NCBI GenBank assembly: GCA_013265495.1
Contig: MU058198.1
Coordinates: 2,926,419 to 2,990,418, forward strand
Reading direction: 5' to 3'
Source: Vicugna vicugna
Taxonomy: Eukaryota
DNA: 64,000 nucleotides
In this document: piece by piece, positions 26,874 to 39,760 of the stretch
Position numbering within the stretch: position 1 is the stretch's first letter
How the letters are laid out: each line of letters begins with the position of its first letter
Notes under the pieces: model-generated
Seen by the model: only the letters and a program-made list of their open reading frames with translations
What the model was told of the DNA's origin: nothing
Databases searched by the model: none
Made by a program: the position numbers and the translations under genes

Positions 26874-26894
26874 TTCAGCACCGTGGACAGCGAA
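26874..26894 (+). promoter_or_regulatory. RE1/NRSE element (REST/NRSF binding site)
   Basis: TTCAGCACCGTGGACAGCGAA versus consensus TTCAGCACCACGGACAGCGCC. Both half-sites (TTCAGCACC and GGACAGCG) are intact with the canonical 2-bp spacer, inside a CpG-rich patch. Confidence 0.8.
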
Positions 26895-28426
26895 GACGCC
26901 GCCCGCCGGGTTATCGCTGAGTTCCTTCCGCAGGCCGCGCCTTCCTGTCAGCTCAGGGCTCAAAGGCGCGCTGTGAGCTGTACAACGGACTTGGTGTTGG
27001 GCTGGAGCGTTATGGCTCTGGCCCTCACCAGGGGCGGACATTCGCTTTCAAGGCCATATTTCTCTTCTCCAGTTCAGAGAAGGGATTCTTCTTTCAAAAA
27101 ACAAAACAAAACGGTTTTTCCCCCTGGGGCTGCTCTGTCTGCAGGCATGGGGTGCTGGAACTGGAAGGGTGAGACAAAGGTTACCAGAGAGAACTAGGAG
27201 TGGGAATTACCCACGGTAACCAAGGACAGTGTAGCTCAGGTAGAGAACTAAAAGAATTTTTGATAAGAGGCTAGTTGGTATGAATCTGAAGGATGTGGAA
27301 AAGAGACAAATGGGAGCATGCGTAGCAAATTCAATAGCCAGAGGGGTCAAGCCCACCATGAAGCGAGATGTGATGCGTGGATCAAAGTGTTTCAGGACTA
27401 AGACCATGAATAGAGTGGGCACCAGAATGCCCTTTGGAGGTGATGCATAGAACATGCAGGAGAAGGTATCCACTTTAAAGGAGCTGGGTCAGCCTGGTGA
27501 GAACAAAAGGTAACTCACGGTGCTGGGCGGGGTGGGGTGGACAGAGTCCAGAAATGGAGCAAAGCCCAGAGTGGTGGGTGAGGAGCAATGCAGTAGCAGT
27601 AGTTTGCTCTCCTTTCCCCTCCCTCCTCTGACCTTTCCTAGGACATTGAGAAAAATTTTAGCAAAGGTGGTGCTGGTGATGGGGATTGTGGACATTTCCA
27701 AGAGGGAGGCAATAGGAGGGTGTTTCCCCACTCCATTCTCATATTCATCATTATGCTACGAACCATTGCCCTAGATGAAGAAGACAGCAAAACTGTGTAC
27801 CTAGGGAAAAGTCCCAAATTAAGTCACAGTGTGCACATGGGGAGATTTCAAGAGCAGCTCTAGCAGATGGGGGGGAGGTGAGGTGGTGGTGTAAGTCTGA
27901 GATTGAAGGGAGAAGAAGGCAGAAAACACTATCCACACATAGCACACATCTACCTGGCAGCAATCAACACCTGTTAATTCATTTGCAAGGTTTGGTTCCT
28001 GAGAACACCTGCTCCTCTATTCCCTAAGCATCTAATGTTGTCCTTGAAACCAGAATGCCAGCTTCCCAGGGAGAAGCAGAGACACCAACAAACACAGCTG
28101 GCAGAAGTCACCAAGCTGGCCCTCCTTCCTCCTCCCAGCCCTGTACCTTTGCTGGCAAGGCCAACCCACAAGCTGCTCCCTCCCTCTGCCCACAGCTAAG
28201 ACCTGCTCTGCAGGGATACCTGGCATTCATGGTTGCCAAGGAATCCAGCCACCTTTTACCTGGTCTGTGTGCTGAGTGATCAGGTGGGGGCTCCAGGCCA
28301 GTGAAGAGGAAATCAGAGCCCCCCCCCCAAGTCCCCTCCTGGGTTCCTGCTCCTGCCTCTCTAACTGTGCTGCTCCTAGATCTAGATTAGGTCATACGTG
28401 AAGAAGATTTTCTCATCTCTCCATAG

Positions 28427-28612
28427 CAGTGCTTTTCCAAGTGTGACCACAGTTTGGGACCCGAGAACCACCTGGGAAGTTATTCAAAATGCAAATTCTC
28501 CAGCCCCACCTCAGACCCACAAAAACAAAAAACTCTGGAGATGAGATCCAGCAGTCTGCTTAGGCAAGCCCTCCAGAGAATTCTGATGCAAACTGACATT
28601 TCAGAACACTTG
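28427..28612. mobile_element. MER5A-like hAT-Charlie MITE
   Basis: cagtgcttttccaagtg...cacctggga...aaatgcaaattctc..gccccacctcagacc...caagccctccag..aattctgatgca...tcagaacac. Confidence 0.8.
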
Positions 28613-29220
28613 TCTATAGGAACCACAGGAAGAAGATGCTGCAAATTCCATCATGTGTCATTGTTCCATTATTCACCCCAGGTGGTAGACTCCTGGATTA
28701 GTTCCCTTTTTTTCTTACAACAACAAAAAGTCTGTATTGGACATTCTGTCATATATATCTTCATGAACCCATTCATGTATTTCTGTAGGGCACGGTCTTA
28801 AAAATGGATTTGCTAGGACAAAGGATGCACGCACATTCAAACACTGACAGATATGCCAAATGGATCTCTCAAGGCATCAATTTGCATTCCCACCACAGAA
28901 AATGAAAGGGCACGTGTCCTCCACAGTCTTTCCAGCTTAAGCTAAGTGTTCTCAATGATTTCATTTTCTTTTCCAATCTGAGAGGTGAAAATGATATCTT
29001 GTTTTGATTTCCATTTCTTTGAGAGTGAAATTGAGCATCTTTCCCTATGTTTATTAGCCATCTTAGCATCGTACTTTTTTGGTTATCTCTATGTTCAGCA
29101 ATCAACATGTATGGCTTGTATAATTAAAAAAGAAAGAAAAAGAAAAATGCTGGCCCCCTCTTTTCTGTGAAGTGCTTTGCAGTCCACGAAGCAGCCAGAT
29201 GGAAGCTTTAGGGCTGAGTG

Positions 29221-29342
29221 TAGGGTGACCAACTGCAGCAGTTTGCTAGAATGGGCATGGGTGGGGTGGGGTTCCCAGGACATAGGACTTTCAGTGCTAA
29301 AAATGGGACAGTTCCAAGCAAATCGGAGTGAGCTGGTCACCC
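29221..29342. mobile_element. hAT-Blackjack MITE (MER94-like); a similar partial copy starts at ~15660
   Basis: Termini tagggtgacca ... tggtcaccc are inverted repeats; internal gactttcagtgctaaaa.tgggacagt. Confidence 0.75.
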
Positions 29343-29642
29343 AGTTGAGTGACTTGCTCGGAGCATCACACAGCAAGTCAGTAGCCAGCCTGAGGGGAGG
29401 CTCCCAGACCCCTCATCCCCCTGTCCAGGGGTCCTTCTCCCCCAGGTATCTCTGTGGAGAAATAAACATGGACACAGGGGCACTAGGATTTGTCAATCTC
29501 ACCCAACTAGACAGGAAGCTCCTTTTCCTCACTGACCTCTTAAACCCAGCATTTATGGCACAATCTGACAAAGAGTCCGTAGCTAGAGTTAGACTAAAGG
29601 CATCATCACAAGGTTGAGGAGGGGAGAGACCCAACACTGCAT

Positions 29643-29814
29643 TACAGTCCCACTCTCGAATTTGGATCGAGGTTGAATGAATCCGCAGACACAAAGGGCC
29701 AACTGGATTCACTGTACTACACCTTTCTATACAAGGGACTCGAGCAGCTGCAAATTCTGGTATCCACAGGGGCTCCTGGAACCAATCCACTGTGGATACT
29801 GAAGGATGACTATA
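29643..29814. mobile_element. MER2-like TcMar-Tigger MITE
   Basis: tacagtc...aagggactcgagca...tggtatccacagggg.tcctggaaccaatcc...ggatactgaaggatgacta. Confidence 0.7.
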
Positions 29815-32658
29815 TCCTGAGCACACAAAATCGGAATCCATCCAATGATTTTTTTACAAGAAAATGTAGGTGAAAGATCATGGGTGTTGGACAGATTTGA
29901 GTTCTAATCATCCATGTCCAATCACTTACAAGCTGCATAGCTTTGGAAAACCTCTCTGATCCTCAGTTTTCTCCTCTCTAAAATGGGACCAATAATACAT
30001 ACATCATAGCAAAATGTTTAAGACACAAGGAAGACACGGGGAAGAGAAGGCAAAGAGGGTAGATGATTCTTTCCCTCAAGGTGGGAGGAAACAGAACTGG
30101 AAGGGATCCATCCAGTTGCCACAGGAAAATGAGCGGCACATGCTTCGGGGCTGTGCACTCATAGGCCTGGCCAAGCAGGCAGGTGGGCCTGAAACCCAGT
30201 CCACACTCCCCTCACCATGCCACGCTTCCCGGCACAGGGCTGAATGTGCCATGAGAAAGAGTCTCGTTTCTTCCTAGGAGCCCTTCCCTTCTCACTGTGT
30301 GGCCTTGGGGCCGTGTCTATCCAGAGGAGGCACATTTTGCAAATGCACACGAAGATGCTGCCCAGACTGACAGCAGCCTTGATCTGCGTGAGCCTTGCAC
30401 ACTATGCCCTGCCCCACCACCCTCTCCCCAACCCTCAGAACATGGAGAATAGGCTCCTCTTCCTCGGACCCCAGCGCTGGGTCAGCCTAACTTCGACAGG
30501 TCACCTGAAGAGCAGTCTTCCACTCATTATGAATCATAAACCATTTGGGAAAGAAGACACTGTCTAGATGCTGGCGTGAGGTCTCTGCGAATTACTATAT
30601 GAGGCAGATGGCTGCCAATTAAGGAGGGACTGGCCATCATGGATCCAGTAGGGCCTCAAACAGGGCTCTGTTCCAGCTCTAAATCGTGAAGCACCTTTGC
30701 CCCGGCCTGGCCTCTCGTGTTTACAGACCCGACAGGAGCCCAGCTGCAAATGCTGACGGACGTCTCTGGGCCGGACACCAGTCCTCCTGGCAGCCAGCCC
30801 CCGTTCAGTTACGAGAAGAAGGAAAGATGACTGCTGAATGTTCAGTTTACTTCCATCCAAAGATCCAACCCCAGGGAGAGGGTAATCTAATATATTCTGA
30901 GATGATTTAAACTCATTTAAATAAAAAAAAAATTCTGCAGCCATGAGCTGTAGCAAAAAACAGGGGTGGCGACTCCACAGAACAAGCCAAAAATGTGACT
31001 CAGAAGAGAGAGGAAACCCACAGAGGAGATGTAAAGTATGACCACTCACCCAGCTAGCTAACCAACTAAACAGACAGGCAAATCAAGACCGGGCGATAAG
31101 CCTGCAACACCCTGCAGGGCCAGGATAGATGGTTCTTAGCTCTGTTTCCAATGATAAACTGGAATGAATTATCCTGGAGGAGGGAGAGCTGCTATCAATT
31201 AAACTGAAACAATATGCTGATAAAAGAGCTATGTGATGATCAAAATTAAGCATATTCATTCAGATGCTGCACACATATGTCTCCTAGGCGCCTCATCCGT
31301 CACATCCACGCAGACATGGTGCCTGCCCTCCCCCTGATGCCGTGAGATGCGAAACCCCTCTCCCTCAGCCCAAGAGCACCCAGGGACAGTGCCTCCACAC
31401 ACAGATCCCCACACACAGCCATCCCCCACCCACCCCAGCACCACATAGGGAAGGACCGGTGGCCAACCATCCGTGCCTTACAAGATGATGGAGATTCTGC
31501 AGCTCTAGTGGTGTCTCTCCATCCGCTATGGCCTTGTGTGCCCCCTGGCTCAGGTCACAGGTTGCAAGCACAGCTCGCTCTCCCTAAGGGTGTAAGGACT
31601 CCGTCCACCTGGGGCCCCACGTAGGGAGTCAGGGAAATGTAGTCGTTGGCTGGGAGCCAGGCACTTTCAGACTAACAGCAGGGGAGGTTGAAATCTCCTG
31701 GTGATTGCCAGCCTCACATTACTCTCAGGGTGTTACAGATGTTTGTGAATGATGAGTCCTTCCACATCTTGCCAGGTGTGGTGGTTGTCACCCTCCGCCC
31801 CAAACAGCCTTCTCCTATATCTGCAATGTGGAAGTTCCAAAGAAGAGGTGGGAAAAGTAGGGACATCTCAAAGGGCAGGCAGCCTTCTTGAGTTCCAAAA
31901 AGCCTTACAGAGTGGCTTTTGAGTTGGTGCATTTCAAAGGTTCACAGTCAAGTTCTCAGTTTATTAAGCTGAAATGCTATCTGGATTCTGACCGTTCCCC
32001 TGAGGTGGCCTCACACAAAACTGGGTGGAACGTGAGCTATAATTCCAAAGTATTCATTTCCAATGAGAAGTACAACTATTCCGTCAAGCCTAGGGGCCTG
32101 TACATTCTTTGCTCCAGAGAAAGCTGTGTGGGAAGCCAAATTATAGTCAAAAGTTTTCCAATTAAAAATAAAACTGAACAAAATGAGTTGGATTAATCTC
32201 AGATGTGGTGGCCTTGGCGAGTTCAGCCAGGACCCGGGGACTCTGACTTCTCATTCAGCTGCTGAACGCCACCACGGGTTCTCAAGAGAAGGCATGCTCC
32301 AGGGGAAAAGCACACTTTGCACAGAAAGGCTTTTGCCCCAAATCTAAACCTTCTGGCCCATTCCAGAGACAGGCCAAAGTCCTCCTCCGGCGCAAGTGGG
32401 TCTTCCTCTGGGGTCTTTCCCCCTGTGTTTACTGCTTGATCTTGGCGCTTGTGGAAGACCCGGAGTTGCACCACTCAAGTGCCCCCTTCAAAAGATGCAC
32501 GCTGCCCAGCGGCAAGCAGTGTGGGGGACTGACAGCCTCCATCTGGCAGCTCCTTCAGGGTCCTCAGCTTTCGAACCAAGGTCATACAAGGTGTTGTTAC
32601 TACAGCCTGGCCTTTCCTGCTCAAAGCAGGACCCCTCTAATGGGCAACCTGTGCTCCA

Positions 32659-32677
32659 GAGCGCCCCCTCCTGGCAG
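32659..32677 (-). promoter_or_regulatory. CTCF core motif candidate
   Basis: Minus strand CTGCCAGGAGGGGGCGCTC; the core CCAGGAGGGGGCGC matches CCASYAGRKGGCRS at 13/14 positions. Confidence 0.55.
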
Positions 32678-32814
32678 AGACCTTGCAAGGTTTACAGTGT
32701 GGTCTCAAAGCGCCTCTTGCCCTTCCTGCCTCCTCCTGTTACTCCTGGCAAAAACGTTTGCTTCTAATTTCATTGCAGCGTCCTGAGGAGCCCAGCCTGC
32801 AGCCATGCTCTAGA

Positions 32815-33026
32815 TCAGAAGTCAACAAATTATGGTCCATTGGCCAACACTGGCCTCTGACCTGTTTTTGTAAATAAAGTTTTATTGCCACACAGCTGAG
32901 CCTACTCATTTATTGTCTCTGACTGCTTTTGCACTACGACGGCAGGGTTGAATGGTTGCAGCCGAGACCTACAAAGCCTAAAATAGTTCACATCTGGCTC
33001 AGAAAAGATTTTGCCAACCTTTGCTC
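32815..33026. mobile_element. MER58A-like hAT-Charlie MITE
   Basis: cagaagtcaacaaattatggtcc...tgtttttgtaaataaagttttatt...aaagcctaaaata...tttgccaacc. Flanks gctctaga / gctctgga resemble an 8-bp target-site duplication. Confidence 0.8.
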
Positions 33027-33364
33027 TGGATATTACAAAGGCGACCAAAGACTAACGCAATGAGAAATGAGGGTCTCTTCCCAAGGCCTAGCTAGACCCA
33101 CGAGCCTGAGACACAAACTCTGTGTCTCATTTCATGTGTATTTCTCCCTGACTCATAACGGGTCTTGAACAAGACCCTGCTGTAGATAAGGAGCCCAGAG
33201 TTCAGAGCCTGAAAGTTATCAGAAGGTCAAGGATAGATCTGCATCATTGTGTTCAGACTGGCTCCTCCCACTGGCCACCACCTTCCTGATGAAGGAATCC
33301 TGCAGTGCCCACGGTGTGTCTGAGCTTAAAGGGACCTACAAGCTTTTGACCATGACCGTGAAAA

Positions 33365-33930
33365 TCAGGAGCCAAGGTTGTGGGGTAATCTGTTAGTTAC
33401 TCAGCAAACATCTACCACTTTGGGGAAAAGTACTCTGATTCTCCTTTGGGAAACCACCCCTCCCCCATGCATAATCACATGGTTTCTGCAGAGGCTAATC
33501 TTTCCTCTGGATCCAAGAATGAACATGTGACCTTAGCTTGGCTAGTCCAAATGTTCCACTTCTCTGGACACCATAGCTGGATTGGAGGTGGGCACGTAGG
33601 CCAGGCTGGTCTTTGACCAGAGCCATTAGGAGAAGCAGTTTCTCTATCACCATTGCTGAAAGGCAGATCCATAACCCTGGTGCTTCCAGGAGCCACCTTG
33701 CCACCACCTAGGGAGAGCTTGTCTGAGAGTCATGCCAACACCTAGCAAAGCAGAGCTAAGGGTGAGGGAGACAGATTCCTACAGCCGTCATTTCAGCGCC
33801 TGGATCCAGTGATGCCTGAAGCTACATTCAGCCATGGGGTTTTCAGTGACTTAAATCAACAGGTTCTGCGTTTTGCTTAAGCCAATCTGAGTGGTATTTT
33901 CTGTCATTTGCAACCCCAAAGACCCGGCTT
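33365..33930 (+). mobile_element. MaLR LTR (MLT1J/K-like)
   Basis: ctttgggaaaccacccctcccc...gcctggatccag..atgcctgaagc...gcttaagccaatctgagtgg.attttctgtcatttgcaacc. Confidence 0.75.
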
Positions 33931-34836
33931 GTACTAGGACTACATCCAGACCGTATCCTCACAACACTCTGGGTATTACTGACAGAAGACTAGATGGAAC
34001 CCCTTGAAAGGGGGAGAAAGATGTCAAAAGGACACAAAGAAGTGACCTGGGCTTGTGTCCCTCATCCCCAGAAGCACCGGCAGGAGTCATGGCTGCAGAT
34101 ACTCTGATCTCAGCGATGGATGGTATCTTTATCCCAACACCTCTGCTGTGATGGAGGTGCCCTCGGCAGGCATTTTTCCAGTTGCAGTGAAGCCATTCCT
34201 TCATGAAACAGTCTGAAGTTATTTCCAAATCCTCAAAGCTGGGTAACCAGGGGGGATGGTATTAGACGTATATATTCTATAATCCAGCATCTCACGAGAC
34301 ATCCAGGAGTTTCTTTTAAGCTGCCTCTCCTCTCTCCCAGGCAGAATTCTCATGTTGCTTCTCAGACGTTAAAAATAAGATGAAAAAAACCCTGTCATTT
34401 AGGTCCAAACCAGCTTAGCTGAAAAGCTCCGGTCTCCACCCCAGCCAGCTGGTGGACACGCCCACCTTCCACCTCCTTGCTGTCTGTGCTGAGAGCCTTT
34501 ATCCACTGTAGTCCAACCGACTTTTAGATCTGCAAGGCCGAGGAAACAGCTGAAATGCAACACAAAACTACACTATTTATATTTTCATTTCTATTAGAAC
34601 TTCATAATGATTTTTTATTGAACTGAAGCTTAAAAGGCTCAAGACTGATCGTAATAGAACATTTAATTGTTTGCTTGTCTATCTCTCTCAGCCCTAATTA
34701 AATATTGTTTTTCACTGAGCAGCTTACACAGTGATGCTTTTTTCCCCATCACTGAAGAGAGCAAGGGGACTGAGGCGGAATTCAGATGAGCCCAGGCTCA
34801 CTTTGTGCTCACATCCTTTCGTCCAGCAATGGGAAG

Positions 34837-34854
34837 CAGCGCCCTCTGCAGGGA
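34837..34854 (-). promoter_or_regulatory. CTCF core motif candidate
   Basis: Minus strand TCCCTGCAGAGGGCGCTG; the core CCTGCAGAGGGCGC matches CCASYAGRKGGCRS at 13/14 positions. Confidence 0.5.
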
Positions 34855-35059
34855 GAATCGCAGAGTTCTCGAGAACAGCTCCCAGAGGTGATGCTCTCAT
34901 GCTGGTCCTCGGAGATGACCTGGGTGGTTAAAAGATGAGTTATGAGAGCTCACCGTACCTCGTAGGGTTTCCTATGGAAGCTACGGAGTCTTGGTGTTCA
35001 AAGCTGGTGTTGGAGCCATCGCTGGCAACTTTCTTTCTCTTACACCCTCCTTCTCAGCA

Positions 35060-35835
35060 GCACTGCCTTTAGTGTCACCAGAACTAGCCACTTCTCACCC
35101 CCATGCCATCATACAGGTCCCAGCCACCTTCACCTTTCACCCAGACTATCACAGAAGCCTCTTAACTGGCCTCCTATGTTTATCCCAGCCTCACCACGGT
35201 CAGCTCCCTCCGCAGCAGCCAGAGGCCTTCCATCCCCCCGCCCCCATCTCAGAACCCTCCAGTGGCTCCCAGCTCATGCAGAAGAAAGCCAGGTTCTGAC
35301 AACGGCCTCCACCCTGTTGTTCCCGCTGACCTTGCCTCCTGGTTCTCTCCCCTTTGCTCATTCAGCTCCAGCCACACTGACCTCCTTGCTGTCTCCTTGA
35401 ATTCTCTTCACATGCTTCCTCTTTAGGGCTCTTCACTTGCCATCCCCTCCCCCTGGAATTCGTCTCTCCCTGAAATCTGCATGCTCACTCCTTCACTCCT
35501 TCAAGCCTTTATCCAAACATCACCTCTCCGTGGGGCCTCTAACCATCCCATTTAAAATTCCAACTACCCCACACTCCCTATCCTCTATCTTGGTTTTATT
35601 TTTCGCCATAGATTTTAACTCCTGACACACATTTTCAGTTCACCTGTTTATTTTGTTTATTGTTTATCTGCCTTTCTAGAATGTTAGCTCCAGGAGGGCA
35701 AAGATTTGTCTCTGTTGGTTTCACTGCTGAAACCCCGGTGTCTAGAAAATTCCCCAGCGCTAAGCAGGTGTGCAAATATTTTTTGAGTGAATGAAGTAAA
35801 TGAAGTAAATGAACAAATGTCAATATGTACAAATG
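35060..35835 (+). mobile_element. L2 LINE 3' region
   Basis: gcctcttaactggcctcc...ctccagccacactgacctccttgctgt...ctagaatgttagctccaggagggca...aaatatttttgagtgaatgaa. Confidence 0.8.
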
Positions 35836-38011
35836 AGTGAATAGTCTGTCATTTGTCTCTGGCCATGAATTCCAGTGGCAAGGGTCTACTCTCGGCCAGG
35901 AGCCTGGATGCATGTGCATCTTGCATTCTAGGATTCTGGGCATGAAAGAAATCTTCCCATGGAGATGCAGATGCTGAGGGCATCGTCCAGTGGGCATCTC
36001 CAGAGACAGGACCCGAGCTCAGAACGAGCCCTAATCTTCCAGCCATAAGTGCTGATTTAATCCCAAGGCAAAATGGTGAAAGAGGAGGGAACTTGAACCT
36101 GAATTCAAAAGGGCCCTGGTTCATAGCATGAGAAGGGACAAGTTGACTTAGGGAGTTTCCCTGGAGGCATCAGAGACAAGGACAGCTCAGTGAATGCATA
36201 GGACATCACTGTGAACACCCATAAATTTTGTGGGTGCCCTGGGAAAACAGATTTTGTCTGTTAGGGCACCAAGACAACCCAGGAAATCTTCTGGAATGGG
36301 GAGAGGGAAGTCCTGGTACCGCCAGGACCATCCCCTCTGAAAAGGATTCATAGGATCATAGGGCCAAGGTCATGTGACCCATCTCAGAACCAAACTGACT
36401 GAGACACATCCTTCTCCAGAGGCTGTTGGAGAGGCTGTTCCCCTTTATCGCCTACTCACCAGGCCTGGAATCCCAAACATCTTACAAAAAAGTATTTTTC
36501 CAAGAGACTTCACATTTAAGAACCTCATTCAGTTCAATCTAACATTTATTTATTCATCAAATTTTCAGGGTACGAGCATTTTACTTCTTGACATTTGTGT
36601 CAAACCTCCCACCAGAAATGTTGTACCGATTTATACTGTCCCTTTCTCATAGCTTACTCTGAGTATCTATCATGTTTTCACCTGATTTGAGGGGAGTCAG
36701 ACTTCCCAGAGATTTGTCTGTTTGATTTATCTTTTCAAAGTCCTGGTTCATGATTTGATTAATCAATTCCACTCACTTTTTGCTTTGTGATTAATGTAGG
36801 CTCTTATCTTTATTAATTTCTTCCTCTCACTGTTATTTTGCTATTCATTTTCCAGCTCCTTATTTTGAATTCTTAACCCAATTATTCTCAGTCTTTCAAC
36901 ATTTAAGCATATTTTCTTCATATTCACAGAGATTTTACTAAAGATAACTTCGGTCGCATCCCCATATGTATTTGTATACAGTGGTCTCATCATCTGAAAG
37001 AACTAAATAGTCTGTCTTTTCAGTATTGATTCCCACTTGGACAGAAGAGTAATTTTTTATTTTCTTTAATTTCCAAGTGGTTATCATTGATCTCAATCTA
37101 GGCATACTCTTGCTGTGAACATGACCAGGAAATGTAGTTTGTCATAGTTTAATTTGGGGATTTGTTGTGGATTTCTTAACCTGGTACGTACCTCCCATCA
37201 GTCAGGATAGGTTAGGTTCAGCTGCAGTAACAAACAGCCAAAAAAAAAAAAATCTCAGTGGGGTAAGTAACAAGGGTAAGCTTCTCATCCCAGCCATTCA
37301 GGGACCCAGGCTGATGGAAGCTCTATTCTGACACATGCTCCCATGATCAGAGGCAGCGAAAAGAGAGCCTTGCTCTTTAAACCATTTCTTTGACCATTTC
37401 ATCGGCCAAAGAAAATTCAGATGCCTGAGTTCAACAGAGTGTGGATGTCTTATCCTCCAAAGGGAGGAATACTGAGTATTTGTGAATAAACATTCTACCT
37501 TACGCATTCAACAGATATGTACAAAGGACTACAGGCATATCTCCTACTATACGCCAAAGGCTGTTATAGAGATTGGGATGCTGGCATGTAATTGTTAGCT
37601 GGTATCCTGCCTCCTTTTCCCATCCACTGTTCAGCCAGAGGTGGCCATGTGACCCAGATATAAATGGAAGAGGGCGGGGTTCCTGGGAAAGACTCTGCTT
37701 TTCTAATATTAGTGCTGCACTGTTTTCTTCCTCCTTCTTTCTGTCTTGACTGCTAATGCGAGAAAGGTCAAAAGAATCCCAGAAGTATTTGCCTTGACGT
37801 CACTGAGCATCTGAACCAACACCAGTGGCAACCTACCTCCAGATTTTCCATATGAAGAAAAAAAAATAATAACCCATGTTTGAACAAGCCAGTGTGGTTG
37901 TGTTACTTGTCACTTGCATCTGAAAGCATTCATGTGTCACAAAAGAATTCAGCATATAAACAAGATAGACAGTTTTCATCTTCAGCAAATGATAATCCTT
38001 TGGAAGTATTC

Positions 38012-38945
38012 TGTTGTGAGATAATAGAAAATTTATATGTGTGTGTGTGTGTGTTTCTGACCCTGGTTCCTGCACAAAGTTCCTAAAACCCTTGTAATCT
38101 CCTACGTGACAAGAACACGAGGAACATCTTTTGTTCTGATATTTGGTATCTGACCTCAGTGCCTGACATAAGAGCTCCTAAATCCCTTGGAATTTCTTAG
38201 GTGACAGCAGTGTCTTTTGCTCTAATGAGGGGACTCTTGGCAGACTCCTGGGTGGAGGCTGGTCACCAGAAAAACCAAGACATAATTAGTAGCTTGCAAT
38301 TTTCAACCCCACCCCCCTAGTCTCCAGAGAGTGGAGAGGGGCTGGAAGTAGAGTTAATAATTGATCATACCTATGTGAGGAAGCCTCCATAAAAATCCAA
38401 TTGTATGGGGCTGGGGAACATCCAGGTTGGTGAACACATCCATGCGCTAGGAGGAACAGAGTTTCTGTGCTCAGGACCCTCCCAGACCTCACCCTATGTA
38501 TCTCTTCATCTGGTTGTTCATCCGTATCCTTTATCATCTCCTTTATTACCCTGGTAAATGTAAGTGAGGGTTTCCCTGAGTTCTGTGAGCTATTGTAGCA
38601 AATAATTAAATCCATAGCAAGTCGGGGTGGGGGTGGTTGTCGTGGGAGCCTCCGATTTACAGCCGAGTCCGACCGAAGTTGTGGGTAACCTGGAAATCTG
38701 CTATGTGCAATCGGCATCTGAAGCCGGGGGCAGTCTCCTGGGACTGAGCCCTTACACTGTGGGGTCCGTGCTAACTCCAGTTAGTGTCAGAATTGAATTG
38801 AATTGTAGGACACCCAGTTGTCATCACAGACAATTGCTTGGTGTGGGAAAAACTCCACACATCTGGTGTCAGAAGTGTCGCGAGCGTGGTAGGAAGTGAG
38901 AGTGAAGGAGAAAGACACAAGAGGACTTTTTTTCCTACCCATCTG
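38012..38945. mobile_element. MER21-family LTR
   Basis: gagctcctaaatcccttggaatttc...ggtcaccagaaaaaccaag...caggaccctcccagacctcaccctatgtatctcttcatctgg...ttccctgagttctgtgagc...gtcagaattgaattgaattgtaggacaccc. Confidence 0.8.
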
Positions 38946-39174
38946 TAGACAGCTGAAAACAAGGCTAAATGTGCATTCTAAATATGCAAAGGAGTTTATA
39001 TGGCTCCAAATTATCATAAATCTCTATCTTTAAAAATATCCTGTGAAATTAGATTTGCAAAATGTTGATGACTGTTGAACAAAGAAACGATTCTTTCCCA
39101 ATAAAACATATTTTTATCAATTACAATAGGCTTAACAAGCATACAAACAATTACTTAGCTCTCACTGTTCTGAT

Positions 39175-39760
39175 TTTCAATACCAGCTTTATTGAGATGT
39201 AATTCACATAATCATATAATTCATCAATTTAAAAGTGTACAATTCAATGGATTTTTTAGCATATTCACAGAGTTGTACAACCACCACCACAATCTATTTT
39301 AGAATACTTTCAGCATCCCGGCAGGAAGCTCTGTACCCATTAGAATATCTTCCTATTTCACCCTAACATGCTCCCAACTCCGCTCCTATCCACAGCCCTT
39401 GGCAACTACTAATTTATTTTCTGTCTCTGTGGATTTGCCTGTTCTGAAAATTTCATACAAATGGAGCGATACATCATGTGATCTTTTATGACTAGCTTCT
39501 GCCACTTACCGTGTTTTCGTGTTTCATTCATGTTGTAACATGTATCAGAACCTCATTCCTTTTTATTCCTGAATATTACTCCTTTGTATGAACATACCAC
39601 ATTTTTATCCATTCATTGGTAGATGGACATTTGAGGTGCTTCCTTCCTTTTTTTTTTTTTTTGCTATCATGAATAATGCTGCAATGAATATTCATGTACA
39701 AGTGTTTTTGTAGACCTGTTTTTGAGTCTTTTGGGTGTATACCCAGGAACAGAATTGTAT
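39175..39760 (-). mobile_element. Old L1 (L1MA/L1MB-type) 3' region
   Basis: cagctttattgagatgtaattcaca...aagtgtacaattcaatgg...ggcaactactaat...ataatgctgcaatgaatattcatgtacaagt. Confidence 0.85.
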
